62,973 nucleotides of DNA, from assembly GCA_937877085.1 (NCBI GenBank), contig CALEEY010000207.1, positions 1 to 62,973 of the forward strand. The letters run 5' to 3'. Origin of the DNA: an uncultured Bacteroidota bacterium. Its GTDB lineage: Bacteria > Bacteroidota > Rhodothermia > Rhodothermales > UBA10348. Positions 27,868 to 37,289 of the stretch are shown piece after piece. Below the pieces are notes generated by a model, which had not been told where the DNA came from, did no database searches, and saw only the letters and a list, made by a program, of their open reading frames with translations. The position numbers and the translations under genes were made by a program. Within the stretch, counting starts at the first letter, position 1, and each line of letters begins with the position of its first letter.

Positions 27868-28485
27868 TTAGTGTTCAAATGCGAGTTCGCGTCGCATGGC
27901 AACCCTTCCGCTTCTCGCGACTTCGAGCACATCATAGCCCCGCATCATCCCGATGAAGGCGTTTATTTTTGCCGGGGGTCCTGTAACTTCAAACGTGAGA
28001 CTATCGGGCGTGATGTTGACCACGGTGGCTCTGAATATGTCCACAACGCTAATCAAAACTTGCCGCTCGGATGCGGGACATCTCACTTGAACCAAGCACA
28101 ATTCGCGTTCAATATGGTCAAAATGAGTTACATCTTCGACCTCAATGGTATCTATCAGGCTGTTGAGCTGGCGAAGAACTTGACCAATCATGCGATCATT
28201 ACCGGTCGTTACGAGGGTCATGCGGCGCAGTGTTTGGTCCTTTGCTTCTCCAACCGAGACACTTTCTAGTTCAAATCCGCGTTGGGAAAACAAATTGGCC
28301 ACGCGGTTAAGGGCGCCAAGCGTATTCTCGACTAAGACCGTCACGACGTGGCGCTGGAGGGTGTCCGTGCCGTCCGGATGCAAGGATTCGCCAGCCATTT
28401 GTTTTCGAAAGATCTGCTGGGAAGTCAGCATAGGTCCGGATGTTTGGGTTTGGGTTTGGGTTTGGGTTTGGGTTTGAGTGTTCAT
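27868..28485 (-). CDS. ilvN: Acetolactate synthase small (regulatory) subunit
   Basis: ACT domain RHVVTVLVENTLGALNRVANLFSQRGFELESVSV. The ATG at 28483-28485 sits 1 nt after the ilvB stop. Internal Met codons (MLTSQQ, MAGES) are alternative starts. Confidence 0.88.
   Translation of the reverse strand: MNTQTQTQTQTQTQTSGPMLTSQQIFRKQMAGESLHPDGTDTLQRHVVTVLVENTLGALNRVANLFSQRGFELESVSVGEAKDQTLRRMTLVTTGNDRMIGQVLRQLNSLIDTIEVEDVTHFDHIERELCLVQVRCPASERQVLISVVDIFRATVVNITPDSLTFEVTGPPAKINAFIGMMRGYDVLEVARSGRVAMRRELAFEH
28442..28477. repeat. Hexanucleotide microsatellite (GTTTGG)5+GTTTGA, = (CAAACC)n on the coding strand
   Basis: Encodes (TQ)6 right after the first ATG of ilvN, or lies in the ilvB-ilvN spacer if a downstream start is used. 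Confidence 0.95.
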
Positions 28486-28486
28486 A

Positions 28487-30289
28487 TTAATTGATGTCTT
28501 CGGCTGAAGCCGTGATCATGTCGTCTGTTGAGGCACCCGAAGGCACCATCGGAAATACTTTTTCTTCCATGATGACTTTGAATTCCATGACCACAGGTCG
28601 GTCGGTGACCTCCCAAGCGGCGTCAATGGTAGATTGAATGTCTTCTGGGCGTTCACAGCGCAGTCCAACGCATCCAAATGCTTCGGCAAGTTGTACGAAA
28701 TTGGGGTTGGTAGAAGACAGGTCCGTGTGACTGTAGCGCTCTTCGTGAAAAAGTTCTTGCCACTGCCTCACCATCCCGAGATAGGAATTATTTAGAATGA
28801 CCACCTTCAACGGGAGCTTATGCGCGGCGGCCACACCCAATTCTTGAATGTTCATCAAGACGCCGCCATCCCCGTTGATAGAAATAACGGGCAATCCGCC
28901 GCCCTTTTGACCAAATGCCACTCCCATCGCGGCTGGAAGCGAAAACCCCATGGTCCCTAGGCCGCCCGAGGTGATGTGCGTCCGAGGATGGATATAGGTG
29001 AAAAACTGGGCTCCCCACATTTGATTTTGACCAACGTCGGTAACAACCGTGGCGTGCCCACCTGTTTTGTCCCGTAAAGCGCGAATAATTTCCTGCGGCC
29101 GGAGTTTCCCATCTCGTTTGAAATCCATGGGGCATTCTACTTTCCACACATCAATTTGCGCCAACCAAGCGGTGGTATCTTTGGGTTCGAGTAAAGGCTC
29201 TAGTTGCTCAAGGACGAGCTTCACATCACCCAAAATGGGGCAGTTTGCAGGAACGTTTTTGGATATACACGCAGGGTCGATATCCATGTGAATGATCTTG
29301 GCGTGAGGCGCCCAGGCCTCAATTTTCCCGGTTACCCGGTCGTCAAAGCGGGCCCCAACCGCTATCAACAAGTCCGTGTTTTGGACCGCTTTGTTCGCAA
29401 ACCAGGTGCCGTGCATACCCAACATTCCAACCGAAAGGGGATCGTTTTCAGGAAACGAGCCCAGGCCGTGAAGGGTAGTGGTAACGGGAACGTTTATCCG
29501 TCGTGCAATGCGCGTCAGAATTTCTGCCGCACCGGAAGTGATGGTCCCCCCACCGACATAAAAAAGCGGCTTTTGGGACTCTTTTATCATTTCCGCCGCT
29601 AACCTAATCTGCTGCATGTTGCCTTTTTGAGCAAACGAATATCCCCGAATGGCAACCGAAGTAGGGTAGTGAAACGGGGCTGAAGCCATCAGGACATCTT
29701 TAGGAAGGTCGACAACCACGGGTCCGGGTCGGCCTGTACCAGCGATGTAGTACGCTTTTTTAATCGTAGATGCCAATTCCCTAACGTCCCGAACAAGGAA
29801 ACTGTGTTTCGTAATGCTTCGGGTTACACCGATCGTATCGCATTCTTGGAAGGCATCGTTTCCGATAAGCTTGGTAGGCACTTGTCCAGTAAAAACCACC
29901 ATGGGAATGGAGTCCATATAGGCATCTGCGATTCCAGTCACGCAGTTGGTAGCACCGGGACCAGAAGTCACCAATACGGTACCCACTTTGCCGGTAGATT
30001 TGGCATAACCTTCAGCCGCGTGCGTGCCCCCTTGCTCATGCCTCACTAAAACGTGTTTAAAGGTAGGATTGAGACGGTGCATGGTATCGTAAATACCAAT
30101 TACGGCGCCCCCTGGATACCCAAAAACGATTTCGACGCCTTCTGCTTCAAGGGATCGAATAAAAATTTCTGCTCCGGTTAAAAGGCCTCCGCCCGTTTCG
30201 CGCGCTTCTTTCTGAAGCGCTCCGGAAGTCGGCGTTTTTAGGTGTCTCGAATCAGTCGTTCTCTCGAGGAAAGTTGATTGGGTGTTCAT
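28487..30289 (-). CDS. ilvB: Acetolactate synthase large subunit
   Basis: ThDP-enzyme motifs (GYPGGA.., GLGTMGFSLPAAMG, GDGG..MN.QEL). About 600 aa. Confidence 0.95.
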   Translation of the reverse strand: MNTQSTFLERTTDSRHLKTPTSGALQKEARETGGGLLTGAEIFIRSLEAEGVEIVFGYPGGAVIGIYDTMHRLNPTFKHVLVRHEQGGTHAAEGYAKSTGKVGTVLVTSGPGATNCVTGIADAYMDSIPMVVFTGQVPTKLIGNDAFQECDTIGVTRSITKHSFLVRDVRELASTIKKAYYIAGTGRPGPVVVDLPKDVLMASAPFHYPTSVAIRGYSFAQKGNMQQIRLAAEMIKESQKPLFYVGGGTITSGAAEILTRIARRINVPVTTTLHGLGSFPENDPLSVGMLGMHGTWFANKAVQNTDLLIAVGARFDDRVTGKIEAWAPHAKIIHMDIDPACISKNVPANCPILGDVKLVLEQLEPLLEPKDTTAWLAQIDVWKVECPMDFKRDGKLRPQEIIRALRDKTGGHATVVTDVGQNQMWGAQFFTYIHPRTHITSGGLGTMGFSLPAAMGVAFGQKGGGLPVISINGDGGVLMNIQELGVAAAHKLPLKVVILNNSYLGMVRQWQELFHEERYSHTDLSSTNPNFVQLAEAFGCVGLRCERPEDIQSTIDAAWEVTDRPVVMEFKVIMEEKVFPMVPSGASTDDMITASAEDIN

Positions 30290-30325
30290 CTCAGTGTGCG
30301 GTAAATAAACAATTAGGGGCTAGGT

Positions 30326-32095
30326 TTAGGCTGTAAAGGGAGCCAAAACAGCGGGTGCAGAAACAGCGGGTGCCAAAACAGCAGTTGCCAAAACAGTGGA
30401 TGATTGCGAAGTGGGAAGTCTCAAAACGGCTCCTGTTGAAGCGCTTGAAACCATGAAAGCGTAACGTTCGAGGTATCCACCTTTTACTTTGCTCTCAAAA
30501 GCGGGTACTCTAGAAAGTCGGAGGGCCAGTTCTTGGTCAGATATTTCTAATTCGATGCTCGAATTGGGGATGTCGATCGTGATGATGTCTCCTGGCTCGA
30601 CCGCCGCGATAGGGCCTCGAGCGGCGGCTTCGGGCGAACAATGTCCAATGGAGAGCCCTCGGGTGCCGCCAGAAAACCGACCGTCGGTAATCATGGCTAC
30701 CTTTTTATCGAGCCGCATACCTGCAAGAGCCGACGTAGGTTGGAGCATTTCTGGCATCCCCGGTCCGCCTCTCGGGCCTTCATACCGAATGACCAAAACG
30801 TCTCCTTCCTGCACTTTTCCGGACAAAATTCCTTCGGTTGCCTCGTCTTGGTCTTCAAAAATGCGCGCGGGACCCGAAAATGTGAGCATTTCGTCGGAAA
30901 CGGCCCCTGTTTTAACCACGCACCCATCGGGCGCAAGATTTCCAAATAAAACGGCCAGTCCGCCTGTTTTTTTGAATGGATTGTCCACCGAACGGATAAC
31001 GTCTGGTCGGGTGATTACGGCCCCTTCCAAACATGCTTTCAAGGATTTGCCAGAAACGGTGGGCCTGTTGGAATTCAAGAGTCCGGCACGATCCAACTCG
31101 GCCAAAATGGCATAAATGCCCCCTGCCTGCTCGACATCTTCCATATGGACGTTTGGGGTAGCAGGAGATACTTTGCAGATATAGGGCACTCTGGCTGAGA
31201 TGGCATTTATGCGATCCAAATCGTAGTCCAGGCCAGCCTCTGAAGCCGCCGCCAGCATGTGGAGCACCGTATTGGTGGAGCCGCCCATGGCCATATCCAG
31301 GGCAAAGGCATCGTCAAGCGCCGCGTCGGTGAATATGTCTAGGGGTTTTAGGTCTTCATCGACAAGTTCGACGACTCTCCGAGCGGCTTGTCGTGCCAGG
31401 TCCACGCGTCGAGGATCGATCGCCAAAATCGAGCCGTTTCCAGGAAGCGCCAATCCGAGGGCTTCCATTATGCAGTTCATGGAATTCGCGGTAAACATGC
31501 CACTGCACGATCCGCAGGTCGGACACGCATGTTGCTCCAGGGCATAGAGCTGTTTTTCATCGATATCGCCCTTTTGAAACTGACCTACACCTTCAAACAC
31601 GGACACGAGGTCAATTTTCGTCCCATCATCCAGTTGGCCGGCCTTCATGGGCCCACCTGAGATGAAAATAGTCGGGATGTTACACCGAAGCGCTCCCATG
31701 AGCATTCCCGGGACGATTTTATCACAATTGGGGATGCATATCAAGGCGTCCAAACAGTGCGCCCTAGCTACCGTTTCTACGCAGTCGGCTATCAGCTCTC
31801 GGGATGGCAAAGAAAACCGCATCCCCAAGTGCCCCATGGCAATACCGTCATCTACTCCGATCGTGTTAAATTCAAACGGCACCCCTCCGGCTTCGCGGAT
31901 GCTGGCCTTGATCTGTTTTCCAAACTCTTGTAAATGCACATGGCCTGGAACGAGATCAATGAACGAATTGCAGACGCCGATGAATGGCTTATCAAAATCA
32001 GAATCGTCCTGGATAGCACCGGTAGCACGTAGCAAACTCCTGTGCGGAGCACGGGTGTACCCTTTCTTTATGGTATCGCTGAGCCTTTTTGCCAT
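30326..32095 (-). CDS. ilvD: Dihydroxy-acid dehydratase with a repeat-encoded C-terminal tail
   Basis: CDKIVPGM and [15 protein letters not shown] motifs. The tail ...[23 protein letters not shown] is encoded by 15-bp repeats. Confidence 0.95.
   Translation of the reverse strand: MAKRLSDTIKKGYTRAPHRSLLRATGAIQDDSDFDKPFIGVCNSFIDLVPGHVHLQEFGKQIKASIREAGGVPFEFNTIGVDDGIAMGHLGMRFSLPSRELIADCVETVARAHCLDALICIPNCDKIVPGMLMGALRCNIPTIFISGGPMKAGQLDDGTKIDLVSVFEGVGQFQKGDIDEKQLYALEQHACPTCGSCSGMFTANSMNCIMEALGLALPGNGSILAIDPRRVDLARQAARRVVELVDEDLKPLDIFTDAALDDAFALDMAMGGSTNTVLHMLAAASEAGLDYDLDRINAISARVPYICKVSPATPNVHMEDVEQAGGIYAILAELDRAGLLNSNRPTVSGKSLKACLEGAVITRPDVIRSVDNPFKKTGGLAVLFGNLAPDGCVVKTGAVSDEMLTFSGPARIFEDQDEATEGILSGKVQEGDVLVIRYEGPRGGPGMPEMLQPTSALAGMRLDKKVAMITDGRFSGGTRGLSIGHCSPEAAARGPIAAVEPGDIITIDIPNSSIELEISDQELALRLSRVPAFESKVKGGYLERYAFMVSSASTGAVLRLPTSQSSTVLATAVLAPAVSAPAVLAPFTA
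30343..30402. repeat. 15-bp in-frame tandem repeat x4 at the ilvD 3' end
   Basis: ccaaaacagcgggtg / cagaaacagcgggtg / ccaaaacagcagttg / ccaaaacagtggatg. Confidence 0.92.
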
Positions 32096-32167
32096 GAAGC
32101 GTATCTTTTTGGGGTGGTGTCAACCCCATTTTAGATATGCTCTTCAGCGAATAGGATTGACGTTAGT

Positions 32168-32392
32168 TCAGCTCGTTAGAATGCTGAGAATAATGGAAAT
32201 AATCACGAGGACAGCCAGAAGGACTGCTGCCAATGATTCCACTAGAAGCACTGCGAGAACGTCAATCAAATGGGAAGGAGTAGACATCGAAACAGCCTGA
32301 ACTGCAGCGGCCTTAGGCACCGGAAGAATCCCGTGTCTGCGAGCGGCAAGTGGCGTTGTAAAATTCGATGACAAAAACATGAAGTCCCGCAT
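32168..32392 (-). CDS. Small ORF upstream of ilvD with a Leu/Val/Ile-rich C-terminus (leader peptide or small TM protein)
   Basis: MRDFMFLSS...MSTPSHLIDVLAVLLVESLAAVLLAVLVIISIILSILTS*. 20 of the last 31 codons are L/V/I. Ends 72 nt before the ilvD ATG. Possible starts at 32392, 32380 or 32287. Confidence 0.4.
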   Translation of the reverse strand: MRDFMFLSSNFTTPLAARRHGILPVPKAAAVQAVSMSTPSHLIDVLAVLLVESLAAVLLAVLVIISIILSILTS

Positions 32393-32417
32393 GGGCGGGT
32401 AATTGATTATAGACGCA

Positions 32418-32447
32418 ATTGTACGGCCGTTTGAGAGCATAAGTCAA
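32418..32447 (-). promoter_or_regulatory. Sigma-70-like promoter candidate for the ilv-leu operon
   Basis: On the minus strand: TTGACT (32447-32442), 18-nt spacer, TACAAT (32423-32418). Confidence 0.35.
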
Positions 32448-32597
32448 CGATTTTGGCGTGTGAAGAATCCGGAAGCGCTACCAATTTGCATCTGTTATAT
32501 ATATGGTATCGATCCAACCCAACTATTTTTGAGACAAACGCCAAATCTGCTCTTTTCAGGCCTATTTTGTAGCTCACCTTTTGACTATCCCGACTAC

Positions 32598-34262
32598 ATG
32601 TGCTCCATTCTTGCCATCTTAGGACCTATTGGTCCCGACAATACTTTGCGTGAAAGGGCTCTAGAATTGAGCAAAAAGCAAAGGCATCGCGGCCCCGATT
32701 GGTCCGGAATCTTTAGTGATGAAGCCGCCATTTTGGCCCACGAAAGGCTCTCCATTGTGGACCTAACGCACGGTTCTCAACCATTGGTTAGCCCCGATGG
32801 TCGATACATTTTGGCTGTTAATGGCGAAATCTACAATCATAGAAAACTTCGTTCGGAGCTAACGGACTATGCGTTCCAAACAGAATCTGACTGTGAAGTC
32901 ATTATTCCCTTGTTCATCAAGTATGGTACCGACTGCGTTCGCCATCTCAACGGCATTTTCGCCTTTGTCCTATGGGACACCGTTAAACAAGAGTATTTGG
33001 TAGCACGCGATCCCATTGGAGTTATTCCGTTGTATTCGGGTTATGACTCCAAAGGGCACGCCTACTTCGCGTCTGAACTCAAAGCGTTGGAATCCGACTG
33101 CCCACAGGTCTTTCCTTTCCCACCCGGACATTTGTTATACAGCGCGGAGGGTTCCGAATCGAGATCCTATTTTGACCGGAGCTGGGAAACATTCGAGGCG
33201 GTCGAGCACGGTTCCGAGGACCCCCTTGTTGTTCGGAAGGCGCTCTCTGACGCTGTCCATCGCCAGTTGATGAGCGACGTTCCATATGGTGTCCTGCTTT
33301 CTGGGGGACTCGACTCATCCATTATTGCGGCCTTGGCATGTACGTATGCTGCCAATCGGATCGAAGACGACGATTCTTCGCCAGCCTGGTGGCCCAGGAT
33401 TCACTCGTTCGCAATTGGACTGGAAGGCAGTCCCGATCTGGCCGCAGCCAAAACGGTAGCCGACCACATTGGAAGCGTCCACCACGGGTTGACTTTTACG
33501 GTGCAGGAAGGCTTGGATGCCCTTCGAGACGTGATTTACCACATCGAAACGTATGACGTGACCACCATTCGGGCATCCACCCCGATGTACTTAATGGCGC
33601 GCAAAATTAAAGCCATGGGCATCAAGATGGTGCTCTCTGGCGAGGGCGCTGACGAAATTTTCGGCGGCTATTTGTACTTCCACAAAGCTCCGAACGCCCG
33701 CGAGTTTCACGAGGAAACGGTCCGGAAAATTGAGCGTCTTCACCTTTTTGACTGTGCACGCGCCAATAAAAGCATGGCCGCATGGGGAATCGAGGCTCGC
33801 GTGCCATTTTTGGACTTGGAATTCTTGCAAATTGCCATGTCGCTCAGCCCATCGGCCAAACTCATTACCCCAGGGAAACTTGAAAAACAGATTTTAAGGG
33901 ATGCTTTTGCCGACATGCTCCCGAGCGCCATTGTGAATCGTCAAAAAGAGCAGTTCTCGGATGGGGTAGGCTATGGCTGGATCGATCAGTTACGAGTACA
34001 CGCCGCCGAGCGTGTCTCCGATACCGAAATGAGTCGAGCCCAATTTCGCTTTCCGGTCAACCCTCCAGACACGAAGGAGGGGTATTTCTACCGATCCATT
34101 TTTGAAGACCACTTCCCTTCTGAGTCGGCCGCCCGGTGCGTTCCCAGTGGAAAATCCGTGGCCTGTAGTACGCCGGAAGCCCTGGCATGGGATGCCTCTT
34201 TTGCTGGAAGTGCCGATCCTTCAGGAAGGGCGGTCAAGGGAGTCCACACGAAGGCCTACTAA
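32598..34262 (+). CDS. asnB: Asparagine synthase (glutamine-hydrolysing)
   Basis: Start trimmed to MCSILAILG (Cys2 nucleophile). SGGLDSS PP-loop. Confidence 0.93.
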   Translation: MCSILAILGPIGPDNTLRERALELSKKQRHRGPDWSGIFSDEAAILAHERLSIVDLTHGSQPLVSPDGRYILAVNGEIYNHRKLRSELTDYAFQTESDCEVIIPLFIKYGTDCVRHLNGIFAFVLWDTVKQEYLVARDPIGVIPLYSGYDSKGHAYFASELKALESDCPQVFPFPPGHLLYSAEGSESRSYFDRSWETFEAVEHGSEDPLVVRKALSDAVHRQLMSDVPYGVLLSGGLDSSIIAALACTYAANRIEDDDSSPAWWPRIHSFAIGLEGSPDLAAAKTVADHIGSVHHGLTFTVQEGLDALRDVIYHIETYDVTTIRASTPMYLMARKIKAMGIKMVLSGEGADEIFGGYLYFHKAPNAREFHEETVRKIERLHLFDCARANKSMAAWGIEARVPFLDLEFLQIAMSLSPSAKLITPGKLEKQILRDAFADMLPSAIVNRQKEQFSDGVGYGWIDQLRVHAAERVSDTEMSRAQFRFPVNPPDTKEGYFYRSIFEDHFPSESAARCVPSGKSVACSTPEALAWDASFAGSADPSGRAVKGVHTKAY

Positions 34263-34317
34263 AAGGGGTCGATGGTTTTCGCCCTATTATTGGGACCTGA
34301 ACGGCCTGATACGAGCG

Positions 34318-34944
34318 TCAGACCCCGATTTGAGGGCAAATAGGGACGAGCGCACACTCTTGGCAATTCGGTCGTTTGGCGTCACAAACCGCTCGCCCGT
34401 GAAGGACGATGGCATGAGCTGCAAAAATCCATTCAGCCTGCGGAATAAGCTGCATCAGGTCTTCTTCGACCTTTACGGGATCGGTTTGCTCGGTTAATCC
34501 TAGTCGAAAGGCGATGCGTTTCACATGGGTGTCGACCACAAATCCCGCAGGAATTCCAAAGTGGGTTCCCAGAACTACGTTTGCCGTCTTCCGCGCAACG
34601 CCGGGCATTTTGGTCAATTCCTCGATAGACTGCGGTACGACGCCATCGTGCACATCCATGATCATTTGGGCAGAATTGATCACGTTTTTTGCTTTATTTC
34701 GGAAAAATCCGGTGGACCTGATTTCATCTTGCAACGTCTCCAAATCGGCTTCGGCAAACTCTTTCACTGTTGTATATTTTTTAAACAGCGAGGATGTCAC
34801 CTTGTTGACGTTTACGTCGGTGGTCTGGGCGGACATGATGGTGGCGAACAACAGTTCGTGCGCCGTCGAATATTCCAAAGCACAATCGGCGTCGGGATAG
34901 GCCTCATGCAATAGGTCTAAAATCGTTTCGACGGGAAGCTGCAT
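34318..34944 (-). CDS. nth: Endonuclease III
   Basis: HhH-GPD region (LTKMPGVARKTANVVL) and the C-terminal 4Fe-4S cluster CDAKRPNCQECALVPIC. Confidence 0.93.
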   Translation of the reverse strand: MQLPVETILDLLHEAYPDADCALEYSTAHELLFATIMSAQTTDVNVNKVTSSLFKKYTTVKEFAEADLETLQDEIRSTGFFRNKAKNVINSAQMIMDVHDGVVPQSIEELTKMPGVARKTANVVLGTHFGIPAGFVVDTHVKRIAFRLGLTEQTDPVKVEEDLMQLIPQAEWIFAAHAIVLHGRAVCDAKRPNCQECALVPICPQIGV

Positions 34945-35140
34945 ATGCTTATTTCACTAAAATAATCAATTTGGATTGCCAGATCGGTAGGACCTAGACC
35001 CGTAATATCCGCTCCTAAACCTTGACGGCCAGATTGGAATCGAGGTTGACGATCGGGCGGTGGGACCTTTGATAATACCTTCGAACCTTCACCCTACCCG
35101 AGGGTTAATCGACCTCTAGTCTACACCTTTAGCCGCACAC

Positions 35141-36997
35141 ATGCATCCAGATTTAGCTGAAAAATTGGCTCGTTTGACCACTCGACCTGGGGTGTATCAA
35201 CACAAGGATGAAGATGGCAAGGTTTTATACGTTGGGAAAGCCAAAAACCTCAAAGCCCGCGTCAATTCGTATTTCCACGACAGTAGAAATCGCGAGGGCC
35301 GTCTAAAGATTCTGGTTTCCAAAATATGGGATGTAGAAGTCATTGTAACGGATACGGAGGCCGAAGCGCTGCTCCTTGAAAACAACCTGATCAAGAGCCT
35401 TCGCCCCCGATACAATATTAACCTTCGAGACGATAAGACCTATCCTTACATCTGCGTCAAGAACGAACCGTTTCCTCGGGTTTTCCCGACGCGGCAACCT
35501 CGAAAGGATGGTTCAAAATATTTCGGGCCGTATACCGAAGTTCGTAGCATGCGCATCATGCTCGAAACCATCCGATCCATTTTTCGTCTTCGGACGTGCT
35601 CGCTCAATCTGGCTCCAGAGCCCATTCGCGCCAGGAAATACGAAGTCTGCCTTCAATTTCACATCAAAAAGTGCGATGCACCCTGTGTAGGTCTGCAATC
35701 AACTGAAAGTTATGCATCGACCATAAAACAGGTTGAACAGCTACTAAACGGCAAAACGAGCACACTCGTGGCCCTTTTTAAGGATGAAATGAAACGCATG
35801 TCCCAAAACATGCAGTTCGAGGAGGCGGCCAAGCTTCGCGACCAAGTGAACGCGTTGGAAAAATATTCGGAGCGTCAAAAAGTAGTGGCCGGGGATTTGG
35901 CAGATCGAGACCTGTTTGCGATTTACACCGACCGAGAAGAAAATGCGGCCTGTGGTATCACGTTTCAGATGCGCGACGGTAAGATCGTAGGGCGCAGAAC
36001 GCAGTATTTGACGCGCATCGACGAATCCCCTGAGGAGGAGCTGATGCAAATGGTCGTGGAGCGGTATTACGCAGAGTCTTCGTTTTTCCCCGATGAAGTG
36101 GTGCTCTCCATTGCGTGTGCCGATCTAGGGCCCGTCGAAGAGCTATTGAGGGAAAAAAGGGGTAAAAAAGTAACTTTTATTATCCCACAGCGCGGAGACA
36201 AAGCGGGTCTTATTGGCATCGTCGAGAAGAATGCCCAATTGATGCTAGAAGAATACAAGATGGCCCGTCAGAAGAAAAACGAAGGGAAAGTGCCGCATGC
36301 CGTCACCAAACTAAAGGCCGACCTTTCGCTACCACGACTTCCTCGTCGCATTGAATGCTTCGACATTTCCCACCTCGGAGGCACCGACGTTGTGGCCTCT
36401 TGTGTGGTATTTGTAGACGGGATACCCAAAAAATCAGAATATCGCACATTCAAAGTTCGAACCGTGGGTGGTGGGGTTTCGGATGACTTTCAATCCATGC
36501 GGGAGGTGGTCGGCAGGCGATACGCGAAAATAGCCCAAGAAAACGGCCCCTGGCCGGATTTTGTGGTCATCGACGGTGGGAAAGGTCAATTGTCCAGCGC
36601 CGTGTTAGCCCTGGACGAAGTGGATGCGTATGGAAAATTCCCCATTGTAGGATTAGCCAAACGGCTCGAAGAGGTATTCTTTCCGGGCGATACCGACTCC
36701 GTTTTTATCCCTAAAGACAGTGCATCCCTCCAACTTCTGCAACGGATTAGAAACGAAGCCCATCGGTTTGCCGTCACGTTTCAGCGAAAACAACGAACGA
36801 AAAGCACCCTCCAGAACGAATTGGAGGAGATCGAAGGCATTGGCCCTAAAACAGCTAAAAAATTGATCCGCGTGTTTGGATCGGTTAAAAGAGTTCGGGA
36901 AGCGCCCATGGAGGATCTGTCCAAAGAAGTTGGAACGCATCTCGCACGATTAATCTTGAAGCATTTTGGGGTACTCCCGGCCGCTGAATCGGAATAG
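35141..36997 (+). CDS. uvrC: Excinuclease ABC subunit C
   Basis: GIY-YIG N-terminus (GVYQHKDEDGKVLYVGKAKNLKARV), UVR domain, and C-terminal (HhH)2. Confidence 0.95.
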   Translation: MHPDLAEKLARLTTRPGVYQHKDEDGKVLYVGKAKNLKARVNSYFHDSRNREGRLKILVSKIWDVEVIVTDTEAEALLLENNLIKSLRPRYNINLRDDKTYPYICVKNEPFPRVFPTRQPRKDGSKYFGPYTEVRSMRIMLETIRSIFRLRTCSLNLAPEPIRARKYEVCLQFHIKKCDAPCVGLQSTESYASTIKQVEQLLNGKTSTLVALFKDEMKRMSQNMQFEEAAKLRDQVNALEKYSERQKVVAGDLADRDLFAIYTDREENAACGITFQMRDGKIVGRRTQYLTRIDESPEEELMQMVVERYYAESSFFPDEVVLSIACADLGPVEELLREKRGKKVTFIIPQRGDKAGLIGIVEKNAQLMLEEYKMARQKKNEGKVPHAVTKLKADLSLPRLPRRIECFDISHLGGTDVVASCVVFVDGIPKKSEYRTFKVRTVGGGVSDDFQSMREVVGRRYAKIAQENGPWPDFVVIDGGKGQLSSAVLALDEVDAYGKFPIVGLAKRLEEVFFPGDTDSVFIPKDSASLQLLQRIRNEAHRFAVTFQRKQRTKSTLQNELEEIEGIGPKTAKKLIRVFGSVKRVREAPMEDLSKEVGTHLARLILKHFGVLPAAESE

Positions 36998-37289
36998 CGG
37001 TCGGTTGCGTTGGGCGTGCTACAACGGCGCTTCGGTTCCCTCTGGGGGCGTGAAATCGGACGCCTCCGAATATCGGCGCAGCTATTGCATTTCCTGTTCC
37101 ATTTGTGGAAGTTTGGCGGCACCACCCACCCTCTTTGGATGTGGGTATTTGGCATTTTAACTCCTATTCCCGCAGCCTTTCTTGGCGCAAAACTGGCTGG
37201 ATCTACCTCGTCTGACTAAGTCAGCCGCTGCGTCCTTCGAGGCTCTATCCTGACCGGTTTCGATTTTTAAAAACAATTACCCTTTTAGC

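Noticed and set aside
32110-32128. Hairpin tggggt-N7-acccca just upstream of the ilvD ATG, considered as the attenuator terminator.
   Set aside because: On the ilvD-coding (minus) strand it is followed by AAAAAG, not a U-run. The T-run is on the plus strand, where no gene ends. It therefore does not support a classical terminator for the BCAA-rich leader ORF.
30489-32300. Long plus-strand ORFs (208, 96, 90 and 217 aa) across ilvD.
   Set aside because: They are antisense shadows of a highly conserved gene and have low-complexity Ser/Pro/Arg-rich translations. The 217-aa ORF also runs through the ilvD upstream leader region.
37005-37016. Identical 12-mer TTGCGTTGGGCG, 7 nt after the uvrC stop and 5 nt after the mreB stop (43066-43077). 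A 10-mer copy also lies downstream of the 8416 small ORF (8383-8392, minus strand).
   Set aside because: The placement after stop codons is suggestive, but 12-mer coincidences are expected many times in 63 kb on both strands. TTGGGCG also occurs inside CDSs (for example around 3101 and 3421). I cannot separate it from chance without a genome-wide motif count.
37010-37219. 69-aa ORF and a hairpin (37044-37067) in the 292-bp spacer after uvrC.
   Set aside because: No family resemblance and no convincing start context. The hairpin lacks a U-tract. I left this region unannotated.
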